Shown here one piece after another: positions 35,538 through 47,463 of a DNA stretch of 64,000 bases (its first letter is position 1; the number at the start of each line of letters is the position of its first letter). Both the position numbers and the translations under genes were made by a program. The notes below the pieces were generated by a model. It searched no databases and was not told where the DNA came from. It worked only from the letters and a program-made list of their open reading frames with translations. Origin of the DNA: Veleropilina oligotropha (lineage: Eukaryota); the NCBI GenBank assembly GCA_048128005.1, contig JBEUKZ010000047.1, positions 496,001 through 560,000 on the forward strand, given 5' to 3'.

Positions 35538-36008
35538 GTAAGTACAGCATGCGCAAGGTAGATAGTAAGTGGTCGGGGGGGGGTACGGCATGTTCAAGTT
35601 GGATAGTAAGTGGTCGAATAGATACGGCAAGGTTCACAGGGTTACCATAGCTTTTAACATGGTCCACAGGGTAGCCATAGCTGTTAACATGGTCCACAGG
35701 GTAGCCATAGCTGTTAACATGGTCCACAGGGTTACCATACCTTTTAACATGGTCCACAGGGTAGCCATAGCTGTGTGATCGACAAGGTGACCATAGGTGT
35801 TTATACGGTCAATAAATCCAAATGCATTCCATTCCTCTAGTTCTTGGGTTTTGGACCGCATATATAATGTAATTATCATTTTTATCCCCCGCCCGAAGGG
35901 TAGCGGGGGATATTGTTGTTGCCATGTCCGACCGTACGTCCATAAACAATTTGGTTAAAGTTTCGAATTGAGGGTGTGTAGCTTGCCCATGATACTTTTT
36001 GGCATATA

Positions 36009-37242
36009 TCGGGTGGCCAATAAAAAACTTCCCGAACTTTAAAGGTTAATAACTTTGCAATGAACCACTATATTGTTATGAAACTTCACACAAGTAAAAA
36101 ATGTAATGTTGTTAATATATTCTGAAAGATTCAAGTCTCTATATCATATACTTTTTCTGTAGTCGGATAAATATAAACAAACGTCAAAAACGGCAAGGGC
36201 TACGTCCAAAAAGCTGCATAGTTATCTTATATTTACTGAAAGAAGTGATCAATATGGCCTCTATCTGCTTCAAAAACTCCTCTGAGTTTTTTTTCCACCT
36301 TGATATCGTACTTCTAACCTCTCGAAGACATATTTTGTCCCAGCATTTCTTCAGCCTCTTTTTTAGTTCACATTCATTAAACACATATGTACGCCCTTCG
36401 TACACTTTCTCTGACAGATTATTCCAAATGGAATAGTCCATTGCGTTGAGGCCTGGACTCATCCACTGACTGATCCAAGAAGGCTTGCGTAGACCTACTT
36501 GTGTGCGAAGTTGCCCCATCCTGTTGGAAAACAAAACTTCCATCAGGATAGAGCCGACGGCAATCAGGCAAGAGTCCCTTTTCCAATAGTTTTTGATGTC
36601 TTTCACTTTTTTGGTATCAATAGTGAAGCATCGTTTTTCCATTCCACGATACCCCTGCAGAAACCATATTTTCTTGGTAAACCTTGATGTTTCATGGTAC
36701 AGTCTTGTGGTGGATATATCCCATTTCATTCTTCCGTACACCCTAGCGTTTTGGCGGTTACGCGCCACCTCATACGTGAAGTCTTTCTCGTCCGTAAAGA
36801 CAAGTCTTTTTGCATCCTGTTTGGAATACCTGCTGTATAACTTTTTGGGGTCTTCCTTTTTTGTTTGACTGTTTTATCCCGCCGTGAAACTTTTACGCGT
36901 TTGGAAGATTTTAATTCCAATTTGTTAGTAATGTTCTGAACTGATGAGCGTGAAATTTCCAGATCTTTGGCAATTTTCTGCTGAGACTTATGAGTCCCTG
37001 GCTTGTCCTCTTGCGACACAATTGCTTCTTCCACGTAAACCTTATTTGTTTCAGTATTTGCGGTTCTTGGCCTTCCACTACCTTGTTTTCTACTGGTTGA
37101 ACCTGAAGTCCTTATTCTCTCAATAAGGAGGTTGACTGTTCGCACATTCCACTTTGTATCAGGGAATTCCCTTATAATCCTTGCACCACACCAGCCCTTT
37201 TCCTTGAAACATGCCTCAATAACTGCTTTATCACTCTGATTA
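36009..37242 (-). mobile_element. Tc1/mariner transposon remnant, copy 5
   Basis: Copy of 2641-3874. Confidence 0.9.
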
Positions 37243-39041
37243 ATTGAATTGAATTGATGTTTAACGACCACGCCGACACTATAATGGTCATAATCGGGTC
37301 GGTCAAGTTAATTATATAATAGTTTAATATAAAAAGATAAAAGTTGTGATACATATTTAATAATAAAATGAAACAGGTGTGAAAAATAATAAAACGAATC
37401 AATATATTTACAAGTAAAATAGGCAATGCAAATTTGGATAAAAGCAAATCAATAAAAGGAAAATTAACATGGTATATTTACAGGTTAAAACGATATATAT
37501 GCAAAGCAATAAAATTAAAATAAAAACAAGTATAATAATAAAAACAAGATATCATATTTGTGAAATAAAATATAAATTATAACTTGTAAAAAATATTTAC
37601 TTGTTTTAAAAACTCAAATATGTTTTCGAGCTTAGTGAATTTAAATAACTCTTGGAGTGAGTTTACCCTAAAGTGCTTTTGGCGTGCGAGATCCAAATCG
37701 ACACAATCCAATAATATATGTTTAATTGTTAGGGCAGTTGCACAAGGAATACACTCAGGTGGAGGCTCCCCTTTAAGCAAGTAGGAGTGAGTGTAGTATG
37801 AATGCCCAATTCTCAGTCTGGCCAAGACGACCTCCTCTCGCCGAGATGGCCTGCAAGAGGGTCCCCAGTCACCAAGAAGAGGTTGGACAATCTGCAGTTT
37901 ATTCCTTGTGCATTCACTCCAAGAGTGCTGCCAAGTAGAATTTATATATTTGTTTATGCTTTGTTTAAAATCAGTGTGGGGCAATTTGCAGTTTAGTGTG
38001 TGGTTAAAATGCGAGGCTGCCTTGGCAGCTTGGTCAGCCTTCTCATTACCCTGGATACCGATATGGCTCGGTATCCAGCATAAAATAATGTCATTATCCG
38101 GTAAAAGGTTATTATATTTAATTAAAATATCTATAATAATAGGGTTTCTATTCACCCCCCTCAATGCCTGTAATCTAGAGAGGGAGTCTGAATAGATAAT
38201 AAAACGCTTGCTATTACTCATTGATATAAAATTGAGCGCAAGCTCGATTGCCTTCAATTCTGCAGTAAATATAGTCGCACTGCCTGACAGACGGTTTTGA
38301 AAACATTGTCTACCAGTAACAGCGGCTGCTCCTACTAATTCTGCATCTTTTGAACCATCTGTATATATGCTTGCACGATCTGAATATTTTAAATTGAGAT
38401 CGTGCACTTTTAAGAGATAATCTGATGTGTCTGTGTTTGATTTTTTTAGTGAAGTAAGATGTAGGTCAATTTCCGGTAATTTAAGTGTCCATGGTGGAGT
38501 ATCCGGAATGTAATTTGTTCTAATTTGAGCTACATGTATGCCAGTGCTTTCTAGTGCAGGTTTTATGCGAATGCCGAATGGTGCAATTTTGTTTGGTTTT
38601 GCCAGAAATAAATTTTCGTAATTAGGTGTAAATACAGTTTCGAAAGCTGGGTTAGATGGGTGTGATTTTAATTTGATTGCATATTGCAGTGATAATTTTT
38701 CACGTCTGTGTGTAAGAGATGGTTCATTTGCTTCAACATAGAGGCTTTCCATGGGTGATGTGCGGAAAGCCCCTAGTGCAAGTCGAAGCCCTTGGTTATG
38801 GATTGGATCAAGCATGTTAAGATATGAATGGCGAGCAGAGCCATATACTATGCTCCCATAATCAAGTTTTGATCTAATTAATGATCTGTATAGTCGTAAT
38901 AAAACTGTTTTATCAGCACCCCATTCAGTATTAGAAACTACTTTCATTATATTTAAAGCTTTTTTACATTTAGCTTTAATGTATTTTAAATGCGGTATGA
39001 AAGACAGTTTTCGGTCAAATACAAGGCCCAAAAATTTAAAT
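37243..39041 (-). mobile_element. 5'-truncated I/Nimb-like LINE, copy 5
   Basis: Copy of 3875-5673. Confidence 0.95.
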
Positions 39042-39260
39042 AATAAAAAAAAACGCACACGAGATGATCAAAACGCATAGTCAACGGGCACATATGTGGT
39101 CAAGATTAGGACAACATCTTCAAAACCGAAGAAAATATCTAAAGGACAGGGAAAGCTGAAAGCGATCACAATTCATTGCAACACATTCAGGACCAACTTC
39201 TAACCATTCTTCTGTACTGGTACCTACTCCTGTCCATCAAAGGCCACTAGATCTGATGAA

Positions 39261-39644
39261 GTGAATACCATGGCCACCTGCCAATTGCAACCAACAGCCG
39301 CCAAAATGTCAACGTACAAAATCCCGAAAAAACAAGTACCGGTGTCAAACCAACCGCCTGTCTTATGCTTCCAGCCAGGACAGTTGGTAAACATTATGAA
39401 TCGCAATGGAACGTGTCTTGGAACTGGAATTTTCATATCTAATAAAGATAATGTGTTCGCTGAAGTTGTTTTGAAGACAAAATTATCTCAAATGTTGTCT
39501 AGTGATCATGATTCAGATGAGTTGCCACAACCATGCGGTAGTATTTATCACTTCAACCAACTAGAAAATAAACAGTTGTTTACCTGGAAACTTGTTAATA
39601 TGACCTTCTGGCCGTGGGAAAGCTGTCCCAATGAAGACTCCTGA
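39261..39644 (+). CDS. 127-aa hypothetical ORF, copy 5
   Basis: Copy of 5893-6276. Confidence 0.35.
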   Translation: MNTMATCQLQPTAAKMSTYKIPKKQVPVSNQPPVLCFQPGQLVNIMNRNGTCLGTGIFISNKDNVFAEVVLKTKLSQMLSSDHDSDELPQPCGSIYHFNQLENKQLFTWKLVNMTFWPWESCPNEDS

Positions 39645-39678
39645 TCAGCCACAGGAACACGCAGTCAAATGATCCTCT

Positions 39679-40107
39679 TTGAATAAAAAAGTACTGGTAA
39701 CCACATGCACTGCACCATCTACAATTAAACCACCGGGCATGCCAGTACAAGTGTGCACCACTAGTACTGATCATGAATTCGAAATTGCATTGATGGAATG
39801 GGCGGAAGGCAAATTGTATCTTGATGTATTAAGTAAAGATGGAGCAGTTGTTAAAAATTGTCCTAACTATATTGCAAAGATCACCAATGATGACGTAAAG
39901 ATTTGTTCATCTATAAAATGGAACATGCTCTCTCTGAATGCCCAAGACATCCAGAGAAATCCTGATATGAAATATTGTGTGTGGAAATCAGCTGCATCTG
40001 GGCCATTGGCAAGTTATACAAAAGGAGCAAAGGAAATTAGAATCAGTAATGTGGCAGCATTCCTCGCTGAGATGAAGGATCACTTGATAACATATGATGA
40101 TCAATAG
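39679..40107 (+). CDS. 142-aa hypothetical ORF, copy 5
   Basis: Copy of 6311-6739. Confidence 0.3.
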   Translation: MNKKVLVTTCTAPSTIKPPGMPVQVCTTSTDHEFEIALMEWAEGKLYLDVLSKDGAVVKNCPNYIAKITNDDVKICSSIKWNMLSLNAQDIQRNPDMKYCVWKSAASGPLASYTKGAKEIRISNVAAFLAEMKDHLITYDDQ

Positions 40108-40126
40108 TGATTTATTTCCTCTGCAG

Positions 40127-40224
40127 GCCAAGAAGATAGAGGAACTGGAGGCAGAGCTGGCCGCGTCCGAGAGGCAGCGACGGGCCACAGAGTCCGAGCT
40201 GCAGGATGAGATCGCCAACAGCAA
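40127..40224 (+). pseudogene. Myosin-tail-like exon, copy 5
   Basis: Copy of 6759-6856. Confidence 0.6.
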
Positions 40225-40476
40225 GTAAGTCAAGAAAAACAGCAAGTTAGTCTAGTACAAGGCTCTCGCTTGACTGCTCTGTCTAGCAGGAGTGAGTTTG
40301 AATTCTTGTTTTGGCGCTTTGTTCAGTAGACAGTCATAGTCGATCATAACTGTCTGGTGACGGCGTATTTCCCAGGTTTTCTTCCCATGACGATATGGAC
40401 TTGTCCAGGTATGAACTTGAAGATTGTTAAGAACGTGATATTTGTATCGAGCGTAACCAAATTCAACAGCTAGTAA

Positions 40477-40890
40477 CCAAACCTAATGGATGTCATGTAG
40501 AAACAGGCCAAACCTAATAGATGGATGTCACGTAGAAACAGGCCAAACCTAATAGATCGGATGTCATGTAGAAACAAGCCAAACCTAATAGATGGATGTC
40601 ACGTAGAAACAGGCCAAACCTAATAGATGGATGTCATGTAGAAACAGGCCAAACCTAATATATCGGATGTCACATAGATAGAAACAAACCAAACCTAATA
40701 GATCGGATGTCACGTAGAAGTTTACAGGCCAAACCTAATAGATAGATGTCATGTAGAAACAGGCCAAACCTAATAGATCGGATGTCACGTAGAAACAGGC
40801 CAAACCTAATAGATGGATGTTACGTAGAAACAGGCCAAACCTAATAGATCGGATGTCACGTAGAAACAGGCCAAACCTAATAGATGGATG
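40477..40890. repeat. 35-bp minisatellite, copy 5, left part (split by LINE A)
   Basis: Array resumes at 46982. Confidence 0.95.
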
Positions 40891-41234
40891 TTTGATTTGA
40901 TTTGATTTGATTTGATGTTTAACGACCACGCCGACACTAATGGTCATAATCGGGTCGGTCAAGTTAATTATACAAGTTTAATATAAAAAGTTTAATATAA
41001 AAAGTTAAAAGTTGAGATATATATTTACTAATAAAATATCAATCCAATAAAACATATGTGATAAATAATAAAAACAATTCAATATATTTACAAGTAAAAT
41101 AAACACTGCAAATTTGGATAAAAATAAGATCAAATGTTTGCTAAAAACGAGTATAATAATAAAATAGTATAATAATAAAATAAAAGAAATTTATGTAGAA
41201 TTTAGTCATAAAGGAAATAAAAGTATAAATAAAA

Positions 41235-44200
41235 TTACAACTTATGGAAAATATTTACCTGTTTTAAAAATTCAAATACGGCTTCGAGCTTATTAAGATT
41301 AAATAACTCTTGGAGTGAATTTGCCCTAAAATACCTTTGGCGTGCGAGATCTAAATCGACACAATCCAATAATATATGTTTAATTGTTAGGGCAGTTGCA
41401 CAAGGAATACACTCAGGTGGAGGCTCCCCTTTAAGCAAGTAGGAGTGAGTGTAGTGAGAATGCCCAATTCTCAGTCTGGCCAAGACGACCTCCTCTCGCC
41501 GAGATGGCCTGCAAGAGGGTCCCCAGTCACCAAGAAGAGGTTGGACATTCTGCAGTTTATTCCTTGTGCATTCACTCCAAGAGTGCTGCCAAGTAGAATT
41601 TATATATTTGTTTATGCTTTGTTTAAAATCTGAGTGTGGTAGTTTACAATTTAGTATATTGTTAAAATGTGAGGCTGCCTTGGCAGCTTGGTCAGCCTTC
41701 TCATTGCCTTGGATACCGATATGGCTCGGTATCCAGCATAAAACAATGTCATTGTCAGGTAAAAGGTTGTTATAGTTTAATAAAATTTCCTGAACAATAA
41801 CATTTCTATTCATCTCCCTGAGTGCTTGTAAGCTAGAGAGGGAGTCTGAATAGATAATAAAACGCCGTTTAGTACTTGTAGAGATAAAATTAAGAGCAAG
41901 CTCGATTGCTTTTAGTTCTGCAGTATATATAGTCGCGCTGCCTGGCAGACGGTTTTGAAAACATTGTCTGCCAGTGACAGCGGCTGCTCCTACTAATTCT
42001 GCATCTTTTGAACCATCTGTGTATATGCTTGCACGATCTGAATATTTTAATTTCAGATCGTGCACTTTTATGAGATAATCTGTTGTTTCTGTGTTTGATT
42101 TTTTGAGTGATGTAAGTTGTAGATCAATTACCGGTACTTTTAGTGTCCATGGTGGAGTATCCGGAATGTGAATTGTTTTAATTTGACCTACATGTATGCC
42201 TGCATTTTCTAGTGCTGGTTTTATGCGGATGCCAAACGGTGCAATTTTGTTTGGTTTTGCCTGAAATAGATTTTCGTAATTTGGTGTATAGACAGTTTCG
42301 AAAGCTGGGTTAGATGGATTTGATTTTAATTTTATTGCATATTGTAGTGATAATTTTTCACGTCTGAGTGTAAGAGATGGTTCATTGGCTTCGACGTAGA
42401 GGCTCTCCATGGGTGATGTGCGAAAAGCCCCTAATGCAAGTCGAAGCCCTTGATTATGGATTGGATCAAGCATTTTAAGATATGAATGGCGAGCAGAGCC
42501 ATATACTATGCTCCCATAATCAAGTTTTGATCTAATTAATGATCTATATAGTCGTAATAAAACTGTTTTATCAGCACCCCATTCAGTATTAGAAACTACT
42601 TTCATTATATTTAAAGCTTTTTTACATTTAGCTTTAATGTATTTTAAATGCGGTATGAAAGACAGTTTTCGGTCAAATACAAGGCCTAAAAATTTAAATT
42701 CGTCTACCACTGGTATCTCAAAGTCATCCAGCTTCAACACAGGGTCGTCATGTATTTCACGACGCTGGCAGAAGTGCATGCATTTAGTTTTGTCCTTTGA
42801 GAATTTAAATCCATTCTCATCGGACCATATCTGTAATTTATTTAGGCCATGTTGTAACTGGCGTTCTATACTGTTCATATTTGTTGAACGATAGCAAATG
42901 CCAAAATCGTCAACAAACAATGAACAGTCAGTGCCAGTACTAATACATTTGACGATACTGTTTATTTTAATACTGAATAGGGTGACTGATAAAATACTTC
43001 CTTGAGGGACACCCATCTCCTGGTCGTGGATATCGGAGAGGGTGTCACCCACCTTAACTTTAAAATTTCTATCCTCAAGGAATTTCGAAATAAAATTGGG
43101 CAAGTGGCCCTTTAAACCAAAATCAAACAAATCGTTCATAATCCCGTACTTCCAAGTAGTGTCGTAGGCCTTCTCTAGATCGAAAAAAACAGCAACTAAA
43201 TGTTGTCTGTTTAGGAAGGCCTCACGAACAAAAGTTTCCAGACGTACCAAGTGATCTGTGGTGCTCCGGTTGCGCCGGAACCCACATTGATATTCTGTAA
43301 GTAAATTATTTGATTCTAAGTACCAAACTAATCTCTCGTTTATCATCCTTTCCATGGTTTTACAAATACAACTCGTCAGGGCTATGGGTCGATAACTGTT
43401 GGGATGTGATGTATCTTTTCCCGCCTTTGCAATTGGGATAATTGTAGCTTCCCTCCACGAGGGAGGGAAGGTTCCAGTTTCCCAGATAGTATTGAATATT
43501 GCAAGTAGAGTTGTAAGGGATGTTCCAGGTAAGTGCTTAAGTAATTGATAGTGAATGTCATCAGGGCCAACTGATGTGTCATGTGCCTTGTTTAGTGAAT
43601 CTGTGAGTTCCTTGTGTGAAAATGGCTGATTGTACGACTCTTTATTGTTGGATCGAAAATTGAGCCTTGTTTTTTCTTTTTGATGCTTAAAACGGCTGAA
43701 TTTTGGAGTGCAGTTGTCGGATGATGAATTGGCAGAAAAGGTATCTGCCAATGTGTTTGCAATGTCTTTAGCTGTGGTTGCTTCTGATGTGTTTGTTTTA
43801 AGGTGCTTGATGCAGTTGGGTGTATGTTTGCCACTAATTTTACGGATCATATCCCATGTTTTTTTAATAGTTGAACGAGAGTTTAGTTTGGTAACGTAGG
43901 AATGCCAGGATTCCCTTTTGCTGTGCTTGATGGTACGTCTGGCTTGTGCTCTTAATAGCCTAAAGCTATTAAGATTGTGTAGTGTTGGGTGCTGTTTAAA
44001 TGTTGAAATTGCGTGTATGCGTGCTTTGATTGCTTGTCTGCAGTCTTCATTAAACCAAGGTTTATTTTTGTGCTTGGCATTTGGACAAGTCTTTGGAATT
44101 GAGAGTGTTGCAATGTCATGTAGTGTTGTAGAGAAACTTGATATTGGGTCTTCGCCATGAGTGAATTGATTAGAGTGTAATTGCTCTTCGCAAAGAGATT

Positions 44201-44918
44201 GGAATCTTGGCCAATCAGCTTTGTAAAGTTTCCACCTTTCAGTGTATGTTTGTGCTTGGTTAATTGTGCTTTCCAAGAAAATTGGAAAGTGGTCGCTTCC
44301 GCGGAGGTCCTCACCAACTTTCCAAGTAAAGTCCAGGAAAGCAGATGGGTCGCACATGGTAAGGTCAATGGTGGTAAGTGAGCCTGTAGGTGGATGCATG
44401 TATGTTGGCGATTTGGTAGTATTAAATAAACACAGATTGTGTTTCCCAATAAAGTCCTCTATTTGATGTCCCCGTTTATCTGTATCAGTACCGCCCCAAT
44501 CCGTACTGTGGGCGTTAAAATCGCCACACAATATAAATGGGGTCGGTAGCTGATTGATGAGATTGTCAAGGTCAGTAGGTCGTAAGTTTGTACTAGGTGG
44601 TAAGTATACCGAGCAGATAGTTATTACTCGGTGAGTCGATATTTTCACTGCTACTGCCTGTAAGTTTGTGTTTAAGTTGACCTGACTGTGTGGTGTTCTG
44701 TTGTTGACAATGATTGAAACCCCCCCTGTTGCTTTGTCACCTGTGGTGACAATGTGATTGTATAGTGAGTGGTCTTTGATATGTATGTTGTCTGTGAGTT
44801 TCATGAAGGTTTCATTAAGACATAATGCTGTTGGTTTGTGTTCTTGAATTAATAGACTGATCTCATCAATATTAGGTTTAATGCCTCTACAATTCCATTG
44901 TATTATTGTGCCTGACAT
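41235..44918 (-). CDS. LINE ORF2: AP endonuclease + reverse transcriptase + RNase H + CCHC, 1227 aa
   Basis: QWNCRG, GDFNAH, SDHFP; YRPIALTS, FFDLEKAYD, GVPQGS, FVDD, KFLG; YTDGSK, SDSLS, GNEKAD. Confidence 0.97.
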   Translation of the reverse strand: MSGTIIQWNCRGIKPNIDEISLLIQEHKPTALCLNETFMKLTDNIHIKDHSLYNHIVTTGDKATGGVSIIVNNRTPHSQVNLNTNLQAVAVKISTHRVITICSVYLPPSTNLRPTDLDNLINQLPTPFILCGDFNAHSTDWGGTDTDKRGHQIEDFIGKHNLCLFNTTKSPTYMHPPTGSLTTIDLTMCDPSAFLDFTWKVGEDLRGSDHFPIFLESTINQAQTYTERWKLYKADWPRFQSLCEEQLHSNQFTHGEDPISSFSTTLHDIATLSIPKTCPNAKHKNKPWFNEDCRQAIKARIHAISTFKQHPTLHNLNSFRLLRAQARRTIKHSKRESWHSYVTKLNSRSTIKKTWDMIRKISGKHTPNCIKHLKTNTSEATTAKDIANTLADTFSANSSSDNCTPKFSRFKHQKEKTRLNFRSNNKESYNQPFSHKELTDSLNKAHDTSVGPDDIHYQLLKHLPGTSLTTLLAIFNTIWETGTFPPSWREATIIPIAKAGKDTSHPNSYRPIALTSCICKTMERMINERLVWYLESNNLLTEYQCGFRRNRSTTDHLVRLETFVREAFLNRQHLVAVFFDLEKAYDTTWKYGIMNDLFDFGLKGHLPNFISKFLEDRNFKVKVGDTLSDIHDQEMGVPQGSILSVTLFSIKINSIVKCISTGTDCSLFVDDFGICYRSTNMNSIERQLQHGLNKLQIWSDENGFKFSKDKTKCMHFCQRREIHDDPVLKLDDFEIPVVDEFKFLGLVFDRKLSFIPHLKYIKAKCKKALNIMKVVSNTEWGADKTVLLRLYRSLIRSKLDYGSIVYGSARHSYLKMLDPIHNQGLRLALGAFRTSPMESLYVEANEPSLTLRREKLSLQYAIKLKSNPSNPAFETVYTPNYENLFQAKPNKIAPFGIRIKPALENAGIHVGQIKTIHIPDTPPWTLKVPVIDLQLTSLKKSNTETTDYLIKVHDLKLKYSDRASIYTDGSKDAELVGAAAVTGRQCFQNRLPGSATIYTAELKAIELALNFISTSTKRRFIIYSDSLSSLQALREMNRNVIVQEILLNYNNLLPDNDIVLCWIPSHIGIQGNEKADQAAKAASHFNNILNCKLPHSDFKQSINKYINSTWQHSWSECTRNKLQNVQPLLGDWGPSCRPSRREEVVLARLRIGHSHYTHSYLLKGEPPPECIPCATALTIKHILLDCVDLDLARQRYFRANSLQELFNLNKLEAVFEFLKQVNIFHKL

Positions 44919-44976
44919 GTTGGTTTAATGGTGTGTGTATTAAGATATTTGTTTGTAATGTTATGTTAAGATTTGC

Positions 44977-46467
44977 CTATTTATTCGGTGGAAGTACGGG
45001 CTTGATGGGAGGTTTTGGCTTGTGCGGGCGATCCAATGGCTGATCGCTTTCCATTGGATCGTTGGCAGGAGGAAGCGGCCCAGGTGTTTCGGGGCTCTCC
45101 TCCGTCTGCCGGTGTAATTTGTCTGCTGCCTCTCTCCCACCCTTCATGGCAGCAGCAACAATTTCGGACGCGAGGTCCTCTATAATGGTATCGGTATTAT
45201 CAATTTGGTCATCTGATGGTTCGTTGGTATCCATCAGGTGACCAAAGCGATTATGCAGCTTAATAGGGTCCTCGGACCCTTTTGTATGTTTCTTAGAGGC
45301 TGCTGCTTTAGGAACAGCAGCAGTCTCTTTTGTAGAGTTGCGAGTATGTTTGGTTGAAGGTTTGATAGGTTTGATTGACTGTGACGTTTGAGTTGATTCT
45401 GATGACGAAGATGCTAAATTACTTCGAGATGGCAAAGTGCTGAAAAAAGCTTCGCCGAATGGCCAGGTGATATCCGTTTGTGTCGAAGAGGATCTAGTGA
45501 CTGGCTTTTGCTCCGGTGCTGCAGCAATTGCAGCATAGGATTTACCCGAAGTGGTCCTGGATTCAACCAGTTTTCTGGCATCAGGGAAAGAGATCCGGTC
45601 GATAGTTTTGACCCTTTGGATCTCCTTCTCATGCTTCCACTTCGGGCAGTCCTTAGAGTAAGCAAAATGCTTACCCTTGCAATTGCAGCATAGTGGTGGC
45701 TTGGAGCAAGAGTCAGACTCGTGACCCTCCTCGCTACATCGAGCACATGCGGGATTCCTTCTGCATCGGTCCTTGTGATGCCCAAATGACTGGCATTTGA
45801 AGCATCTCAAGGGGTTTGGGATGTAGGGCTCTACAGGGATGATAATATAACCAGCTTTAATTGTTCTAGGTAGAACAGGAAGGCGGAAGTCCAGAATGAT
45901 GGTATTGATGGGGATCTTCTTTCCATCTTTAAACATGGTCAGGCGTGTAACCTTAGTTACACCCTGGCTCTTCATGCCTTCCAGCAGTTCCTGTTCACTG
46001 CATCCCTGCAGATCCCTAGATCTAATAACTCCCTTGGAGGTGTTCAAGGACCGATGCGGTCGAATTTCAACGGGAATGTTGACAAATTTCGAAGTTCTAA
46101 GGAGATTCTCCGCATGGCTCTTCCTGGCGCATTCGACCAACAGGGTGCCATCTCGAAGTTTCTTCACTGATCGAGGTTCGCCAGCAAGACCAAGGATAGC
46201 CTTGGAGATGGCGAAGGGACTCAAAGAAGTAATTGGAGTATTTGAGTCGCGTGCCTCGATTGTCAAGAATCGTGGCCAGCTTTCCGGTACAGGGGGTGGA
46301 GGGTCGGGCCTATATTCAGCCTCCCTCTCAGGATCGAATGGGATTGACCGGATAGCGGCCATATATTTAGCATCAGCGTCATCAGGATCATTGTCAATTT
46401 CAAAGTCTCTACGTCGTTTAGCCGCGTGAGTATATTTGTGTGCCATATTGTGTTTGTAGTGTTTCAT
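44977..46467 (-). CDS. LINE ORF1: gag-like nucleic-acid-binding protein with three zinc knuckles
   Basis: PNPLRCFKCQSFGHHKDRC, CARCSEEGHESDSC, CCNCKGKHFAYSKDC; first ATG at 46467 (ORF track starts at GTG 46470). Confidence 0.95.
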   Translation of the reverse strand: MKHYKHNMAHKYTHAAKRRRDFEIDNDPDDADAKYMAAIRSIPFDPEREAEYRPDPPPPVPESWPRFLTIEARDSNTPITSLSPFAISKAILGLAGEPRSVKKLRDGTLLVECARKSHAENLLRTSKFVNIPVEIRPHRSLNTSKGVIRSRDLQGCSEQELLEGMKSQGVTKVTRLTMFKDGKKIPINTIILDFRLPVLPRTIKAGYIIIPVEPYIPNPLRCFKCQSFGHHKDRCRRNPACARCSEEGHESDSCSKPPLCCNCKGKHFAYSKDCPKWKHEKEIQRVKTIDRISFPDARKLVESRTTSGKSYAAIAAAPEQKPVTRSSSTQTDITWPFGEAFFSTLPSRSNLASSSSESTQTSQSIKPIKPSTKHTRNSTKETAAVPKAAASKKHTKGSEDPIKLHNRFGHLMDTNEPSDDQIDNTDTIIEDLASEIVAAAMKGGREAADKLHRQTEESPETPGPLPPANDPMESDQPLDRPHKPKPPIKPVLPPNK

Positions 46468-46981
46468 CACCCGAGGTCCCCGCCCACCCCGGAGCCCAAC
46501 AAGGGGGCATTTAACAGGTGCGGGGTTCCAGCACCCAATGCCAGGGATACCCGGGTGATATACTCAAATAAGTGAATGAATATTTGTGGTGGGAAGTGTA
46601 TATCCCACCATTCATTCCTCACTTGATTGACCCTTCAGCCACCGCCTTCTGGGATGTAGATCAATGGATGTTAAGTGATCTATGATATGACATGTTTTCA
46701 TAAATAAAATTTGAATGATGTTGTTTAAAATGTTAAATTATCCCAGGGCACGGCGTGACAAGCCGATTGATCAGATAGGGCCTATCTGACCTCCCGTCTA
46801 GCTGAATCCGAGGCCAAAGTAGTGTGTTGCTTCAGCCGAGGCCGAAGCTCAGCTACCAGGATCCTCTTCTCCAACATCACGGGTCGCCACCCACGGCAAA
46901 CAGGTGGCTCCCATTTGGGGGAATCTTACCCCTCTGCAGGGAGAGCAGTCGGCATATTCTAACCCCTAACCGACTGGGGGT

Positions 46982-47266
46982 AATAGATGGATGTCATGTA
47001 GAAACAGGCCAAACCTAATAGATCGGATGTCACATAGAAACAAACCAAACCTAATAGATCGGATGTCACGTAGAAGTTTACAGGCCAAACCTAATAGATA
47101 GATGTCATGTAGAAACAGTCCAAACCTAATAGATGGGATGTCACGTAGAAGTTTACAGGCCAAACCTAATAGATGGGATGTCACGTAGAAACAGGCCAAA
47201 CCTAATAGATGGGATGTCACGTAGAAACCGACCAAACCTAATAGATGGATGTCACGTAGAAACAGG
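46982..47266. repeat. 35-bp minisatellite, copy 5, right part
   Basis: Continues the array interrupted at 40890. Confidence 0.95.
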
Positions 47267-47463
47267 AGAGAAGTAGCATTCCAGGCATCCTACTTGTGCA
47301 AAAGAAAATCAAAATCAATTTAGCATAAACCACAATTACAGTAAAATGTCAGACTACATATTCACATTCTAATGATCTGACTAATCATATCTCATCCATT
47401 TTTTATAAGTTTAATATTTTATAGGATGAATTACTATGCTACTTAGGATTTGTCTTTGATAAG

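Larger units (their letters stand above)
40891..46981 (-). mobile_element. Full-length I-group (Nimb-like) non-LTR retrotransposon, element A (~6.09 kb)
   Basis: Two intact ORFs, (TCAAA)n tail, TSD AATAGATGGATG at 40879-40890 and 46982-46993 (ambiguous by 1 bp at each side); element plus TSD length accounts for the unit expansion. Confidence 0.97.

Noticed and set aside
41445..46429. Many short + strand ORFs inside the LINEs
   Set aside because: Antisense shadows of ORF1 and ORF2 with no independent motifs
46958..46970. Telomeric repeat or telomere-targeting LINE (CTAACCCCTAACC)
   Set aside because: Only about two imperfect units, inside the element's 5' hairpin loop; the insertion sites are not telomeric
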